64,000 nt of DNA from Octopus vulgaris. Lineage: Eukaryota. How positions within the stretch are numbered: the first letter of the stretch is position 1; every line of letters starts with the position of its first letter. The notes beneath the pieces were generated by a model. That model did not search any database, was not told the DNA's origin, and saw only the letters and a list, made by a program, of their open reading frames with translations. The DNA lies in NCBI GenBank assembly GCA_951406725.2, contig OX597815.1:35836001-35900000 (forward strand), given 5' to 3'. This document shows, in pieces, positions 21,701 through 36,700 of this stretch. A program made the translations under genes and the position numbers.

Positions 21701-24700
21701 TTAGTCCACGATTCCTCTCTCTTAGATTGATTCGGGAAATTCCTCCCCCCCCCCATTTTCTCTCAAATTTGTTTACCTTTTTAATTATTTTTGCCCCAAA
21801 ACCCCCGTTTTTGAAAATTGCCAGAAAATTGCCAAAAATGGCATTGTTAAATTCCCCCCTTCCCCATCAAATTTTTCAATTTTGACTTTTTCCTCCAACA
21901 CTAACCCTAAAACCCTGACCTTAAAACCCTAACCGTAACTACAGAAATGTTTTGCAATTTTTGTGCAAATCATAATGTCTGTATTTTCCCGCATATTTTG
22001 AAAAAAAAAAATGTTTCTGAAAAGAATTAAAAATGAAGGAAATGGGGTAGGGTGAGGTAATTTAAAAATGCCGATTTTTGCTAATTGTTTTTTTTTTGCA
22101 GATTCGTCTTCCCCATAGCTGTGTCGAAAAAAAAAAGAGAAATTTTTTAAAAAGAGTGGTTTGGGTGGCGAATGGGTGGAAGTCTCTTAATTTTTATTTA
22201 CTTTTTTAATCTAACCAAACTGAACATTTACCATGATGATTATATATGATTCATAGAATTGCATGGGATTCCCCAAATCAGATATAAGTATGCTATGTTT
22301 TTAATGTTTAGAAGCTAGTATTTGATTGAGGTTATGGTGCTTGGATTTTTCAAATTATTTGAAGCCAGCTGTTGCAATGTGGTGGACTGATCTTATTGAA
22401 TACAGGATCTATCATATCATTGTACTCAATTCCCACCTTCACCGAACTAGCTGAAAAAAAAATTGGGTTGCAAACCCAGCTTTAATAGTTGCAATTATCA
22501 TGCTTCAGCTGTGTCGTTTATTTTTAGAAATAAACAAATAAAATAAAATGTAATTCATGATAGAAAATTTTTCTTTGACTGCTTAATAAATTTGACAGTT
22601 TCTGTTGTCAGTTGTGATTGAGCAGGCCTGTGATTAGCCATGTCCATCCTAGGTAATAGATAAGTGGTTGGTGAGAGCTGTACAAGCCATGTACAGGGAT
22701 GCTACCAGTAAGGTGAGGGTTGGCCATGAGTACAGCAAAGGATTTAGGGTACAAGTAGCTGTTCACCAAGGATCAGTCCTCATCCCCCTCATGTTCATCA
22801 TAGTCGTCTAGACAATAGCAGGAGTTTAAGACAGGTTGCCCCTGGGAGCTCCTCTACACTGATAACCGTGTTCTTTTAGCTGAGTCACTACCAGAACTAT
22901 AGAAGTTTCAAGTATGGAGGCAAGGTCTAGAATCGAAGGGCCTTAGAGTTAACCTTGCAAAAACCAAAGTCCTAGTAAGTAGGAGAGCAGACAACTCACA
23001 AATCCTTTCAGATAGATAGCTCTGCTTGATCTGTAGAAAAAGCATAGGTAGAAACTCCATAAGATGTACCCAGCATAAGATGTACTAGAGGTGCAGCAAT
23101 ATCTGAGGAAGGTTAACAGGGAAAATCAGCTTTTGTGTGTGGAAGATGCACAGGTACAATAAACACCAAAAATGTACAGAAAATAGACTCCATCAACTGC
23201 CAGTGGGGTGTGCTAGAGATAGTAGATAGCTTCCATTATCTGGGAGACCAAGTTAGTTGTGGAGGTGGATGCTCTGAGAGTGTAGCTCTAAGAATAAGTC
23301 TAGGCTGGGCAAAGTTCAAGGAGCTCCTACCTCTGCTGGCAACAAAGGGTCTCTCCCTCAGAGTGGAAGGCAGATTGTATGATGCCTGTGTGCAAACTAA
23401 GCTACACAGCAGTGAAACATGGGCTGTGACAGCTGAGGACATGCATAGGCCTGAAAGAAATGAAGTCAGTATGCTTTGCTGGATGTGCAATGTCAGTGTG
23501 CATGTTTGACAGAGTGTAAGCATCTTGAGAGAAAAGTTGGGCATAAGTGACATCAGATGTGTTGTACAAGATAGACAACAGCATTGTGTAAAAAAGTGCT
23601 GATCTGTAACTGTCATTGGATCTTGTGATTGCGGTAAACCCAGGAAGACATGGGACAAGGTGGTGAAGCATGATCTTCAAACTTTGGCCCTCGCAGAGGC
23701 AATGACTAGTGACCAAGACCTTTGACAATATGCTGTCCTTGGGAAGACCCATCTCGCCAAGTGAACTAGTTGTGGCTTATGCTGGTGTCATGTAACCGGC
23801 ACTCATACTGGTGCCATGTAAGAAGCACCTTTCAAGCATTGGGCCTCACTGAGGCAACGTGGCTGATGCCAGTGGCACATGAAAAGCTCCTTTCGAGTCT
23901 TGGGCTTCATGGTGGTAATGACCCTGACCTTTGGCGTTGTCAGGCCTGAGACAAAGACCCATCAAACTAAGTAAAACCACAGTCATGGCAGATACTGGTG
24001 TCACACAAATGGCACCCATGCCAGTAGCATATAAAAGCACACATTACACTCAGTTGTTGGCTTTAGGGAGGGGATCCATTGGTAGAAACCATGCCAAATC
24101 AGACTGGAGTCTGGTGCAGCCTTCCAGCTTTCCAGCCTTGGTCAAACCATTCAACACATGCCAACATGGACAATGGATGCTAAAAGTTTACTTGATGTAT
24201 CCTTTATCTTATTTAAGACAATGTGTTATACAAGAGAAACTTAACTGTTATTTCCACTCAGCAACATTTTTCGAGAAGTGAGCTGCATGAGACATGGTTC
24301 ATTACTAGGCAGGCCACACTACTAAAAAAAATTCAAGGTAATTTTTCATCAGGCATACCATTCAGAGCACCTAGCAAGTCACAATTTGCCCATAACAGTC
24401 ATAGAGGCTCATTGGCTCTGTAAACCCAAGGTCTTGTGACTGTTTAAGAAAATAATACTTTGTAAATACAAAAAAAAAAAAGTGAAAAGGCAAAAAAAAC
24501 TGGTAAGGAAAGGTAAAACTAGAATTCCAAAATTTTGTTTACCATTGACATTCTGAACAATGGTATTACTTGAGCATAAAAAGTTAGCATGCAAACACAT
24601 ACACACACATTTTTGGTGCAGAATGACTGAATGGTTAAGACATCTGCTTCACAACCAAGAGGGCCCAGATTCAATCCCATTACATGGCAAATTGGACAAA

Positions 24701-27700
24701 GTCACTTTCTATAACTTCAAGCTGCTCTATACCATGTAAGTGGAATTGGGTAGACAAAAACTGCATAGAGCCCTGTCAAGTAGACTGTACCTTTAATTCA
24801 AAAGGTACAGCCTTATCGCAAACAATCTCATGCTGGTTCTACTTATGTATTACATTATTGCAACTGTGTAATACTGATTCTACCCATGTATTACATTAAG
24901 GGTAAACGTGTGTGTGTGTGCGCGCGCAGAATGTTCTGTCACTTACAAGTTAATAATTAGGAGCAGGTAATTCTAATGATTAAACTACTGAATCTTCATT
25001 GTCAACCAACAGAGATCCACCACCATATATTGTCATTCAGTGCCCACTTTTTCATGCATGTGTGGGTCAAACAGAATTTGCTCAGGCAAATTCTCTATAG
25101 CAGCTAGCCTTCCTGCCACCAGGCCTCACCTCTTTCCAATATTTTCTCTTAGCCAGACATGTTTTAAATGGAAGACTAGCTACAAACAACACTGCTTGTA
25201 TGATGATGATGCTCATTTACAAGGCAATGATACACACATACACACGTGTGTGTATGTGTGTATGCAACAGGCTTCTTTGCTTTCATCTACAAAATCCACC
25301 CAGAAGGCTTTGGTAAGCCTGGGGCTCCTATAGAAGACATTTGCCCAAGGTGCTGCTCTGTGGGACTAAACTTGAGACCACATAGTTTGGAGCCTATCTT
25401 TGTAATGTGTTTGTGTGTGTGTGTTTTAGGACACTGTAAGATTCTTATCATTTCTGATCTTAGTAACATTGTAAGTTATTCTGTTCTCTACTCTTTGGAA
25501 TTAAGCTAATTTCTTCTGAATTTTTGTATTTACAGAATATTCAAGCAACTTTCTACACCAAAAAGAAATGTTACTTTGTGGAATGTAAGTCGCCTTGATA
25601 ATCTTGATTATGTTACCAAATACCCCTACTCTGTGCAGCAGTTGAGCCATTTTTACTCACACTACATGTTGAAACTGGTTTTAGCCACACAAACAGAGTT
25701 GTTTTAACAAAGCAATGAAACTGATTAAACTGATGATTTATGACTAAAATTCATTAATTTCCAACCAAATACAAGTGGCCTTGCTTATACACATCAAGCA
25801 AATCTATTCCATTAATTATGCCAGCTAATTAATTTAAAAAACTGTTTATTTATTTGAATGTGTCTAATGTTACCCTTTATAGTTATAAAGTTGTTTTTTC
25901 TCTCGGTATTACTGTTTTTATAATTATGAATATTTTTTTTGTGCATGTCTGGGGTTAATGAAAGATCAAGAATTCCATGAAGGTCAAAATGTCTGGGAAA
26001 CCTTGACTTAGAGGGTCAGTTTTATCAAGTTAATTAAACAAACAAGATATTATAGCCAAAGTTACAATATATGTAAGGTTACGTTATAAAGCTCAGACTG
26101 CAATGTTAAAACTTCAAGCATTGTGCCAGATATTTGTAGTCTTCCTTGGTAAGCTACATTACTTTGTCTGCCTCAAAATCATAAATGGCTGATTAATAAT
26201 TGGAAATTTGTCCTCCTTCAATAATTCATGAGTATCTGTAAAAAATTAAGTATTTGATAAAGTCAAATGTGCTATCCTTTAAGGGTTTATGGGCAAACTG
26301 CAGCCATAAGGCATGCTTAACAAAAAATTACCTTGAATATTTTTTACTTGTGCAGTCTGCTTCATGATAAGCCATGTCTTGAAGAAGGTCGCTATACCCA
26401 AGACATGCCCAGGAGAGGTGGGGTCTAAGGGGTACATGCACCCCCGCTCCTCAAGAAAAGAAATGAGTCCTAAATGGTATTATTGTGACCTTTTCTTTTG
26501 GAATTGTATTCCTTTCTGACCTTGTACCCTCCCTTAGGACCATGCCTGCATACCTGCTTTAAAGCATGAGGTTACTGTAAAGGCAGGGTTAATCTGTTGC
26601 CCAGTTTAGCACCATTGTCTATCCCACGTGAGCCAATTAAGTCAATTTTCTCCTTCTCATAAATTTCTGGCCCTCTGCTAATATGTGAGAAATCATTATC
26701 TAATGAAGCTGGATATTGTTTCAAGATAGTGAGTGTGCATGCAGCATTTTCTTTTTTGTTCAGATTTCTGATTATCTCACAGTTACAAATAAGTCAAATA
26801 TTTTACCTTTTTTTTTTTTTCAGGAAGAAAAAGAATTTGAAAAGGAAGGCAAGAAGCTTGAAGAGTGAGTTAATTGTTATTGGTGTTGTTGTTTAGGATT
26901 GGCCTTTGTCTTATTTTCAAGTCTATAGTGAAAATCTCTGCTGTGTCAATGAAAGGCTGAGCTTCCCAACTTGCATTTTCTGTGTTATACTGTCTTGTTA
27001 GAAATGATCGAAGCCATTCACCTAAATTTTTTGTTTCAGGTACAGTGAATCTAGGGCTGCATAATCTTAAAGGAAAGCATATATTGCAATTCAAAAGAAG
27101 TTTGGCTATTATTTCTAGCTGGTCAAATGACCATGTAGAAGCTTTCTCATAGGTTCAAGAGTGAGTTGAATGTATGTTTGCCAATGATTTAAAAAAAAAG
27201 AAATGAAAGTTTTAAATGAAACTTAAATTAGTAGCAGCATAGTTTGTTTAAAATATTGGTCAGTCACAGTCAGCTGTGTAAATTGTATGACATCAACAGG
27301 TATTTGATATAATAAATTGTTGAACTTTTAGATAACCTTCATCAGATGTGATTGGTTGACCCATTCGATGCTTGCCTATTATAATTCATCTCACAGAATT
27401 GTTTCTCAAACGACATGAGAAAAAGTTTGCTATACAGCAATTCTATTTAGAGAAAGTGTGATCCACATACATTTATAGTAACCACTACCACCACCAGTTT
27501 CTTTTAATTACCATATTTCCCAGTTTCTAAGAAGCTACAATTGATAAGACACACTTTATAGTTAGGACATTTATGATAATTTATAAAAATATCAGAGCTC
27601 TTTTGAAAAATTATCTAATTCAGAACAAAGCAGTTGTGCATTTACTAAATCCAGTTCAGCATAACCGGACATACTTGCTATCCATAGGATTTGTTTACAT

Positions 27701-30700
27701 TCCATTTAACACCCCCACCCACTTCCCAACAGGCTTTTCAAAGTTGTTACCAAGTGCTGACTGTGAAAGTACATGGCTGAATGGTTAGAGTGTCAGGCTT
27801 ACAATCATGAGGTAGTGCGTTTGATTCCTGGACCGGGCTGTCTGCCCTGTTCTTGAGCAAGACACTTTATTTCACATTGCTCCAGTTCACTCAGCTATAG
27901 AATTGAGCTGTAATGTCACTGGGGCCAAGCTCAATTGGACTTTGCCTTTCCCTTGGATAACATTGGTGGTATAGAGAGGGGCAGCTGGTATTCATGGGCA
28001 ACTGCTGGTCTTCCATAAAACAACCTTGCTCTGATTTGTTCTTCGGAGGGGAACTTTCTTGATGCAATCTCATGGTCATTAATGACCAAAGGGAATCTTT
28101 ACGCTCTACCTTTTACTAAGTGCTGACTACCTGTGCATTCCTTATTTCTTCTTGTCCTTCATGGAATTTATGGTCATCCTTGTGTCGAGCTACAGCAATT
28201 TCATTGAATTTATGATCCTCATATTCACCTTCATGTCCATCCACTCCAGCTTTGTGCTTGTCTTCACTCCAGCTACACTAGCTTTGCATTCATCTTCATG
28301 TCCAACTTTGATACAAGAAGATAATGCTGCCTGATTGACTCTCAGCACTACTGAAAAAACTGCATTTCAACACTGGTAACATCAAGGACAGGCTTCAAAA
28401 AATTTGTTCTACCTCTGACAAAACTGCAGAAAATTTCATCACTGTTTATATACCCATGCAGGACATTTCCACTGATGAAAGTCTGTGGAAATTCAAGTGG
28501 CGGCTGAAATTCAAGCAGTACAATCCTATCAAGTGTGCCTGTTTCAGGATAAAATTTCATAAAGTGTGTCAGTCACCTGATGCAGCCTGTGGCTATACTT
28601 TGATCCATAAAATATACACTGGAGAAGATAAATTGGACAGTCCAGTATCCACAAATGTTGTCTTGTTGCTGAATAACAAGTTGTTAGATAAAGGATTCAA
28701 CATTCATATGGACAACTAGTTTTCCAGTCCTGACTTCTTTCTTCGGCTGCAGGCAAGGAAAACAAATGCCTGTGGGACTGTGTGCACCTTCAGGTAAAAC
28801 ATGCCACCTGAACTTCACAATGTGAAACTTTGCAAAGACAAAACTGTGTGCCACTTCACTGATAATAGCATTGTTGCATTGGTGTTGAGAGACAATTAAA
28901 ATATTTGTTTGCTGTCCATGACACATTCTACTGGCATGTCCAACACTGGCAAACGAGACAGGGTTGGAAATCCAGTAACGAAACCAACTGTTGTGTTGCT
29001 ATACAATCACACAATGGGTGGTGTCGAACATTCTGATCAACTGGCATCAACACGGAAGTCAGTATCCAAATTTCTGAAATAGTATATGTGGTGGATATAT
29101 AAATTCGTTTTTGATACAGCAAATGCTTACAGTATGGAAGATGGACTAAAATTCTGTAAGTTGCTTGTGAAACGAATAATAGAAGTTTCAGATATTCCAC
29201 CATATTGATCACAGGGGCATCCACAGTCTGGCTCCTCCCCTTTGTTGGATCATCAAGAGACGTGGACATTTCCCCACTTCATTTCTGCCAATAAAAAAAA
29301 AAGAAGTATGTGCCAAAGTGATGTGCTGTGTGTGTAGCGCACAGTAATTACAAGACAAGATATATATGCATAGACTGACTTCTTTTATGTATTACACCCT
29401 GTTTTCAAATTTACCATACCAAAGTTAGCTTTTGATGCTTTCTTAAGCCAATATACCGTAATTGTTTGACTTACACTTTTGGGTGATCTTATTCCTGTAG
29501 TAATACTGTAGCAGCGTTCAGCACAGTAATAATAATTTACATACATAAACAGTACTTACTTTAAAGTGGTTGACATAAATATATGCCAAACCGCTGTCAC
29601 ACACTGAGAGCTGATCTCAGCCAAAATGATTACCACTAGTGCTGACTAAAGTCCTAATAAACAACCTTTGCCATGGGGTTCAACTAGCAGGCCAGTAGCA
29701 TACTTAACCAATTGCTAAGCTGTAATCTTTACATAAGTGAGATTTGTAACGGCTAAAATTTATTAGTAAACATTATGATTTGTCTGAGTCAGCTGGTGTA
29801 ACGATAAAGTTTTGTTGTTATTACGGCAAATTGTAAGATGTGAAAGATGAACAATGCATGAAGTTTTAAGAAAGTATTTATTTACTGTTACATTGAAAAA
29901 CACCATACTTCGACAGGCAGGTTGTGATAAATCCAAAAGCATGCAAAGTAAAGTGTGTTTGTGTTTGTGTCCTCTTCATTGTTTAGTAGTAGTAGTAGTA
30001 ATTACAGAGAGAGATAGAATGATGTTGTAAGAGAACAGAATTAGAGCTAGAGAGAATTGTTGGGTGTTGTCTGACAACAAACTTCATTTCTCCCTTTGAC
30101 CAAAGTTCTAGCTGGTCTGCCAGACTTTGTCGTCACCGAATTGACTGAACTTGTTGAGTCGTCACCGACTGTGACCAACTTGGTTGAGTCATCACCAACT
30201 GGTGATTAACTGATTTTTGTTTGGGGTATTCTTGCTTTTATAACAATCCAGAATGATAGACATACCATTGAAAACAATAGATTTAGTTGGTGGTCTTGTT
30301 ATCTCTATTCTAGCTTTTGGTGAAATAGAAGAGGTTAGAAAGGGTCAAGTGGTGAAGACATTATTTCGGCCTAGCTAAAGGCATCTGGAAGATGTAAAAC
30401 TGCTGTCAGAAAAACCATTGTTCCATCATGGGAAAAGTTCTGTTGCAGTGTTAATTTAAATTTGGGTATGGTGATGCAAGATTCACTACAGATTCTTAAG
30501 ATCTCTCGTGAAAATTTTCATCCTATAACTTGTCCATGACGTAAGATTAAAAGAAAAATTCATGTCATTGTTAACATTTTTACATTTTGTTCAGTTTTTT
30601 TAATCACTCTCCTTAAACATAAAATATCTCCTGTTTCTTTTATATTTCAGACTTGAGGAGACATGTAGGAAACTTTACAAGGATTCTAAAAAGTGCTCAG

Positions 30701-33700
30701 AGACAGCTTCAAGTGAGTATTTATAATATTTTACATTTATGCCTTGCATCCAATATTAGGAATAGTTAAATTGATGAATTTTTCTATTACTCATGCTAGC
30801 ATGGAAAACGGATGTTAAACGATGATGATGATGTGTTTATAGTTTGTTAGGCAGGTAGGGGAACAATGTCTATTATCATCAGCATTATGGCAGTGAATTG
30901 GCTGAATGAACATAATCATCATCATTTAATGTCCATGTTACATGCTGGCATAGGCTGGACAGTTTGACAGGATCTGATTGTTCCAAGGACTGCTCTGAGC
31001 TCTACTGTCTGATCTGGTGTGGTTTCTATGGCTGGATGCCCTTCTTAATACCAACCACTTGACAGTTTGTATTGAGATCTTTTCTCATGCTACCAGCACT
31101 AGTGAGGTCACCATGTAGCATGCAAGACTATGAACCCCAAATGGTAGGGTTCAACTTTATGCTAAGGGTTGAAGGATGAAAGTATGAAAGTATGAGAGGA
31201 GGAGGTGGTGAACAGAGCAGTTCCTTGTTGTGGAGTAGCTACATGGCTACTCATATTTAGAAGAGAGGGTGAGAATGATCAGTAAGCATTCTGAAAAGAG
31301 ATAAATAGTGGTGATGAGGTATCCATGAAGAACATGAGGGTATGAAATAAGTTAAAGTGAGTGAGGGCAGATGAACTAGGAGTGTGAGTGTGAATTTGCC
31401 AGAGTGCATGACAGATCAAGGGCTGGAGGAATGGGAGAGGAGGGGAGATGGACAACAACTGTAAAGATTGTATATAGTTGAAGGATAGATGTAGGGCATT
31501 ATAGACAAGTGGTGGTGCATGACAAATGATGCATGAGTTGGGGAAGATAGAGGAATGCAGAAGAGACTGGAGGGTGGGGAAAGAATTGCCAAGCAGTAAT
31601 GATGATACAGTTGACAGGGAGAGAAGAAGAGGCAGGAATAGTGAATGAGGAGAGATAATTGGGTCCAGTGGCGATGGGGATGAATCAGTGTAATGTGTGA
31701 ATAGAGAGAATATTAATGGATGAAGAATGGCTAACAGGTGAAATGGTTCGGCTGGCAAACACGATTGTTTACAGTATGGAGTTACTGTTCTTTACGTTCT
31801 AAATTCAAATGCTACAAGGGTCAACTTTGCGTTTTCTCCTTCCTGAATAAGTACTAATCAAATATCTGGGTCAGTATCCTTGTTATATATCCTGCTCTGT
31901 AATTTGAGACCAGAGAAATCATTATCACTATTATCAAGAATAATGTAGCTTCTTTTCCATGCAACTTTCTTATTAAACTAGTTTTTTTTTAGTTTTTTTA
32001 AGCCTTACAATATGTTTCTGTTTCACAGGTCTGAGTAAATGTGAACGGAGAATCACACAAGATTTAATGGCCAGTACATTATGTAAATCAGAATCAAAAT
32101 TAATGCATCACTGTGAAGAGTGGGATAATTCAATTGTTAAGTTGAACCTTCATATGCAAGAAATGGTAAGTAATTAATTAACATTTGAATTATTATGATC
32201 TAAAGAACATGAGATTAAAGAACATGACAAAACGATTTTAACTAGAACAATTAACGCAAACCTTCCCTGTTTGGGTATCAGTGAGGATGATACTTTTTTT
32301 AGCATATTACGGTTGTTGAGAATTTACTCAAACAGACTCCTGTATTTAGATGTACGTATTTGATATGTCAAGGAAATGAAGCCATTAAGCGGAGTCCCTC
32401 ATCAATGACCAATTCAAATTATTATTCATCTCTATAGACAATGCCCCATTCTTCTAAACTACATCCAAGATTAGATTTTTCCTTCAGCATTAAAAATTAC
32501 TTCAACCTTGAACAACTTTTCAAATCGTAAATATCTTTTACTCTAGATGACATTAAAAAATATCTAAGATTCTTCAGTCACAAAAACTAAAACCATTGTC
32601 TTTATTTACATTTGCTTTAGGGTTGATGAAATAAGTATCCGTAGAACACTGGGGTCAAGGTAATCAACAAACCCCTTCCCTAAAAAAAGTTCAGGCCTTG
32701 TACTTTTAGTAAAAAAAATTATTTCTACTTTTACTGGCAGTCATCTCACTTCCTAAATTTGGGTGTACCAAAGCTGACTATAAGAAATGTCACTCCTGTT
32801 TAACTTAACAAATAACTCCTTGAAGAAAACATAAAAATAAGTCACGCTTCATGATTGTATGGTTGACATTCAAAATAGATATATCCAGATATAAAATGAT
32901 TAACCTTAGTATTTCATAAAATATGTGTATTTTCAAAACCTTGTTACTCATACAGCCACAGGAAATGTAATTCAGAACTGTAAAGTCCTAAAAACAATTG
33001 TTTTTATGATCTCTGTAAAGAAATTGTTGGGATTTTTTACGTTTCTTTTCTAATCATAAGTTTAGTATTACTTAGTACAATTTAAAGTGTTGTTAAGAGT
33101 TTTACATGGGAATAGTTTGTCTGACTTATTTCTATGGTTGACAGCTATGCACAGCACAGTTACACAATACTCTCTGTACTCCTGTTACTTATAGTGGTAA
33201 ACTGTAACTCTATTGTGACCTTAGATGAGGATGTGAATCAGTTGTTAATAGTGCTTTGTTTAGTGATACAGCACAGTATCTGTAATATGAGAAATTGTTG
33301 CCTAACACATGCCAGTATGGAAAACAGATGTTAAATGATGATGATGCCAGCCTTTCAGATAGTAAAACAGTAGAATTTAAGCAAGCCTATGAATATGTAT
33401 CGGTAAATAGTAGATATCAGTATTCCATAAAGTGAAACTAGTTGAAAGCCAGAAAAGGGTGTTGTGATGAGAGTTACAATGCCCACCTTGAGCATAATCC
33501 TATGAACCCCGAAAAAATTAAAACAGAGGGTTACCTACTTGCAAACAAATGTGGTAACATGTAACATTATTGACTGAGGTTACCGTGGTCTTTTCCGTAG
33601 GCTTTTCTTCCCACGGATAAACCTTATCTGCTTCCCCCTTTACACTTTACATCATTACACTGTGATACACGATCCCTATTGATCGTTTTTTTTTCTTTTC

Positions 33701-36700
33701 CCTTTTACGATCCCTTTTGGTCGAAAACCTATCCCACCTTTTTTTTTTCTCTCCCCAAAAAAAGAAAAGCTCTACTTTGTAATCTGTCTCATCTGTGTGC
33801 AGCCCTGTGTGGCTAATAAAGAAACACATTTGTCTATGTATCTATCTATCTGTCTATGTATGTATCTATCTATCTATCTACCTATCTATCTACTTCTTTT
33901 AGTCATTGAACTGCAGACCTGCTGGGTCATGTTGAACTCCTTGAAGGATTTAGTTGAACAAATTGACCCCAGTACTTATTTTTAAGCCTGGTACTTATTC
34001 TAGAAGTCTCTTTGGCTGGATCACTAAACAACAGGGGATGTAAACAAACCAACACTGGGCGTCAAGCAGTGATAAGGGACAAACACATAGATATGCATAC
34101 ATATATGTATGTGTGTATGTATATATTCTTATATCTGGGGATGGTCATCATTTGCCAGTTAAACACACACACTTTTTATTTGATCTTCACTTTAGCCTTA
34201 TTATTATTAGTAGTAGTTTATTTGTTGGAGTTCTTTCATCGTGCATTCTGTGACCACTTCAGTGACTTTCTTTTCCTCATGTCATCTCTTGTCCTGTCTA
34301 TTCCACGTGTGCGCGTGTGTGTGTGTGTGTGTGGCAAGCTCCTTTCAGTTCCTGTCTAATAGATCCACTCACAAATCTTTGGTGACCCATGGCTGTTGAA
34401 GACACTTACCTAATTAGGAAGCAACTTCTTACCACACAGCCATGCTGCAATAGGCTCTGCACAATTTCAGTGAAGAAATTCCACTCACAAATTATTGGTT
34501 AACCTAAGACTATGGATTAATCCATAACCTTAGGTTGACCAGTAATTTGCTATACAACATGATCAAACTCAGAACCATGTAGTTGCAAATTGTTCTTAAC
34601 CACATATGCTTGCTTGTGGTCAGTAGTTAGTTTACTGTCAAGAAGAAGTGAAGTTGGCACTTTGGGACAGAACCCTTCATTAGAGAGTGAAACATTATTA
34701 GTAAATTACATATATGACAGAAAGAGCAAAAGAGAAAAAGCATTGATTGCTTCTGTTCAGAGAGTGAATTTATATCTCTATGCAACCACATTTGTTAAAT
34801 CATGCCATTCAATAAATAAATGATGCATTTGAAAAAATATGGACTTCAATATTTCAAAATTTTTTCTTTTGTAAAATTCTTTAATTTCTTTTTTTTTACA
34901 TTGATAGAATTCCAACATCCAAAAGACACTGGTGGAACCCGTCAAAAAGTAAATATATTTTCTTCAACTTGTCTATTATTGTAAATCTGATGTTTCTGGT
35001 ATTTGTTAATGTTGAATTTTAATATTGGCACAAGGCCACATACAAAAACAGGTGTGTGTGTGTGTGTGTGTGTGTTAATGTGTACTGTGCATTTCAGTCT
35101 CAAGGCTAGCTTTGCTATTTGAGTACAGTCTTTGATGCTGGTTTTTTTAGTGGAAAAAAAAAAGTGGCTTCTCTGCAAGTATATACAGTAGTTTTGTCTA
35201 TCACTAGCTTATTAATATCTTGTTAAGTTGATGTATTTTGGGGATACTTTTCGTGCTATCTTTTGCCTAGATAGAGCATTTTGTAGTTGAGAGTATCAAC
35301 TATAATATTGGGTTGTCCAGAAAGTTCATGTCGATTTTTAAAGGAAAGAAAAAGGTCAATAATAACTTGCCATTACATTTTTTAATCAACCAAATATGAA
35401 CCGTTTTGTTGCACAATGCATCTCCATCTTTCCTTTAACTTCAAAATACCCTCTTCCCAGAATTGAGGTGGTTTCATGACAAAGAATTCATCAAGGTATC
35501 TTTTTACATCATCCAAGGAATTGAAATTTTTACCATTAAGACTATTCTGCAGAGACCTGAATAAGTGGAAATCCGAAGGAGCAATATCTGGTGAATATGG
35601 ATGGTGGGGTAGCACATCCCAGCCGAGCTGCAGCAATTTTTGTCTGGTTCCCGAAGCATCAAGTGCCAAAAATGAACTTTCTTATCTTCCATTTTAAAGG
35701 ATTTCAGAACTAACACAGGTTATAGGAACATAAACCTTTTTCCACGAAAAGATAGCTTAAACTGTGCTCTAAATGGTGTAGTCAAATCCTATTTTATGGA
35801 CTCAACCATGTTATAAAATAAGTCAAAAGGTAAGCTAATATAAATCAGCACGAACTTTCCGGACAACTCAATAAAATCTTAGTGGTATTTGTGTTAACTC
35901 TGGAGATATCAAACTTAATACATGTTAGTAATGCCAAATTCACCTGATTTTACTGAAGGTGGTTGAATGAAAACTATTTCCTCTTGTAAGATGCATTGCT
36001 GTTTCTTATACAGTAATAAGTCTCAACTTGTGGGTTACAATATAACCCGGAATATGTTGCAAAGTTTTTTTGAAATATTTTATAAAACATTAAATGTTTA
36101 GGAGTGGCTGTGTGGTAAGTAGCTTGCTAACCAACCACATGGTTCCGGATTCAGTCCCACTGCGTGGCATCTTGGGCAAGTGTCTTCTGCTATAGTCCCA
36201 GGCCGACCAATGCCTTGTGAGTGGATTTGGTAGACGGAAACTGAAAGAAGCCTGTCGTATATATGTATATATATATGTATGTGTTTGTGTGTCTGTGTTT
36301 GTCCCCTTAGCATTGCTTGACAACCGATGCTGGTGTGTTTACATCCCCGTCACTTAGCGGTTCGGCAAAAGAGACCAATAAAATAAGTACTGGGCTTACA
36401 AAGAATAAGTCCCGGGGTCGATTTGCTCAACTAAAGGCGGTGCTCCAGCATGGCCACAGTCAAATGACTGAAACAAGTAAAAGAGTAATACTATTGATAA
36501 ATGATAGGCATAAGAGCTACAGTACAACATTCACTGCAAATGAAAACAAGAATATTTCCTCTGCAAAAATATTAAATGTTAATTTTATTTGATTCTTGGA
36601 AAATTATATTTTTTTTATTTGAATATTTAAAAACAACCATACAGAATTGGGTCACGATGATGAAAGATTGACAACACCTGTTGTATACTACATAGATCAC

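Noticed and set aside
28456-28719. Domesticated piggyBac (PGBD) gene
   Set aside because: Multiple stops and frameshifts across the transposase.
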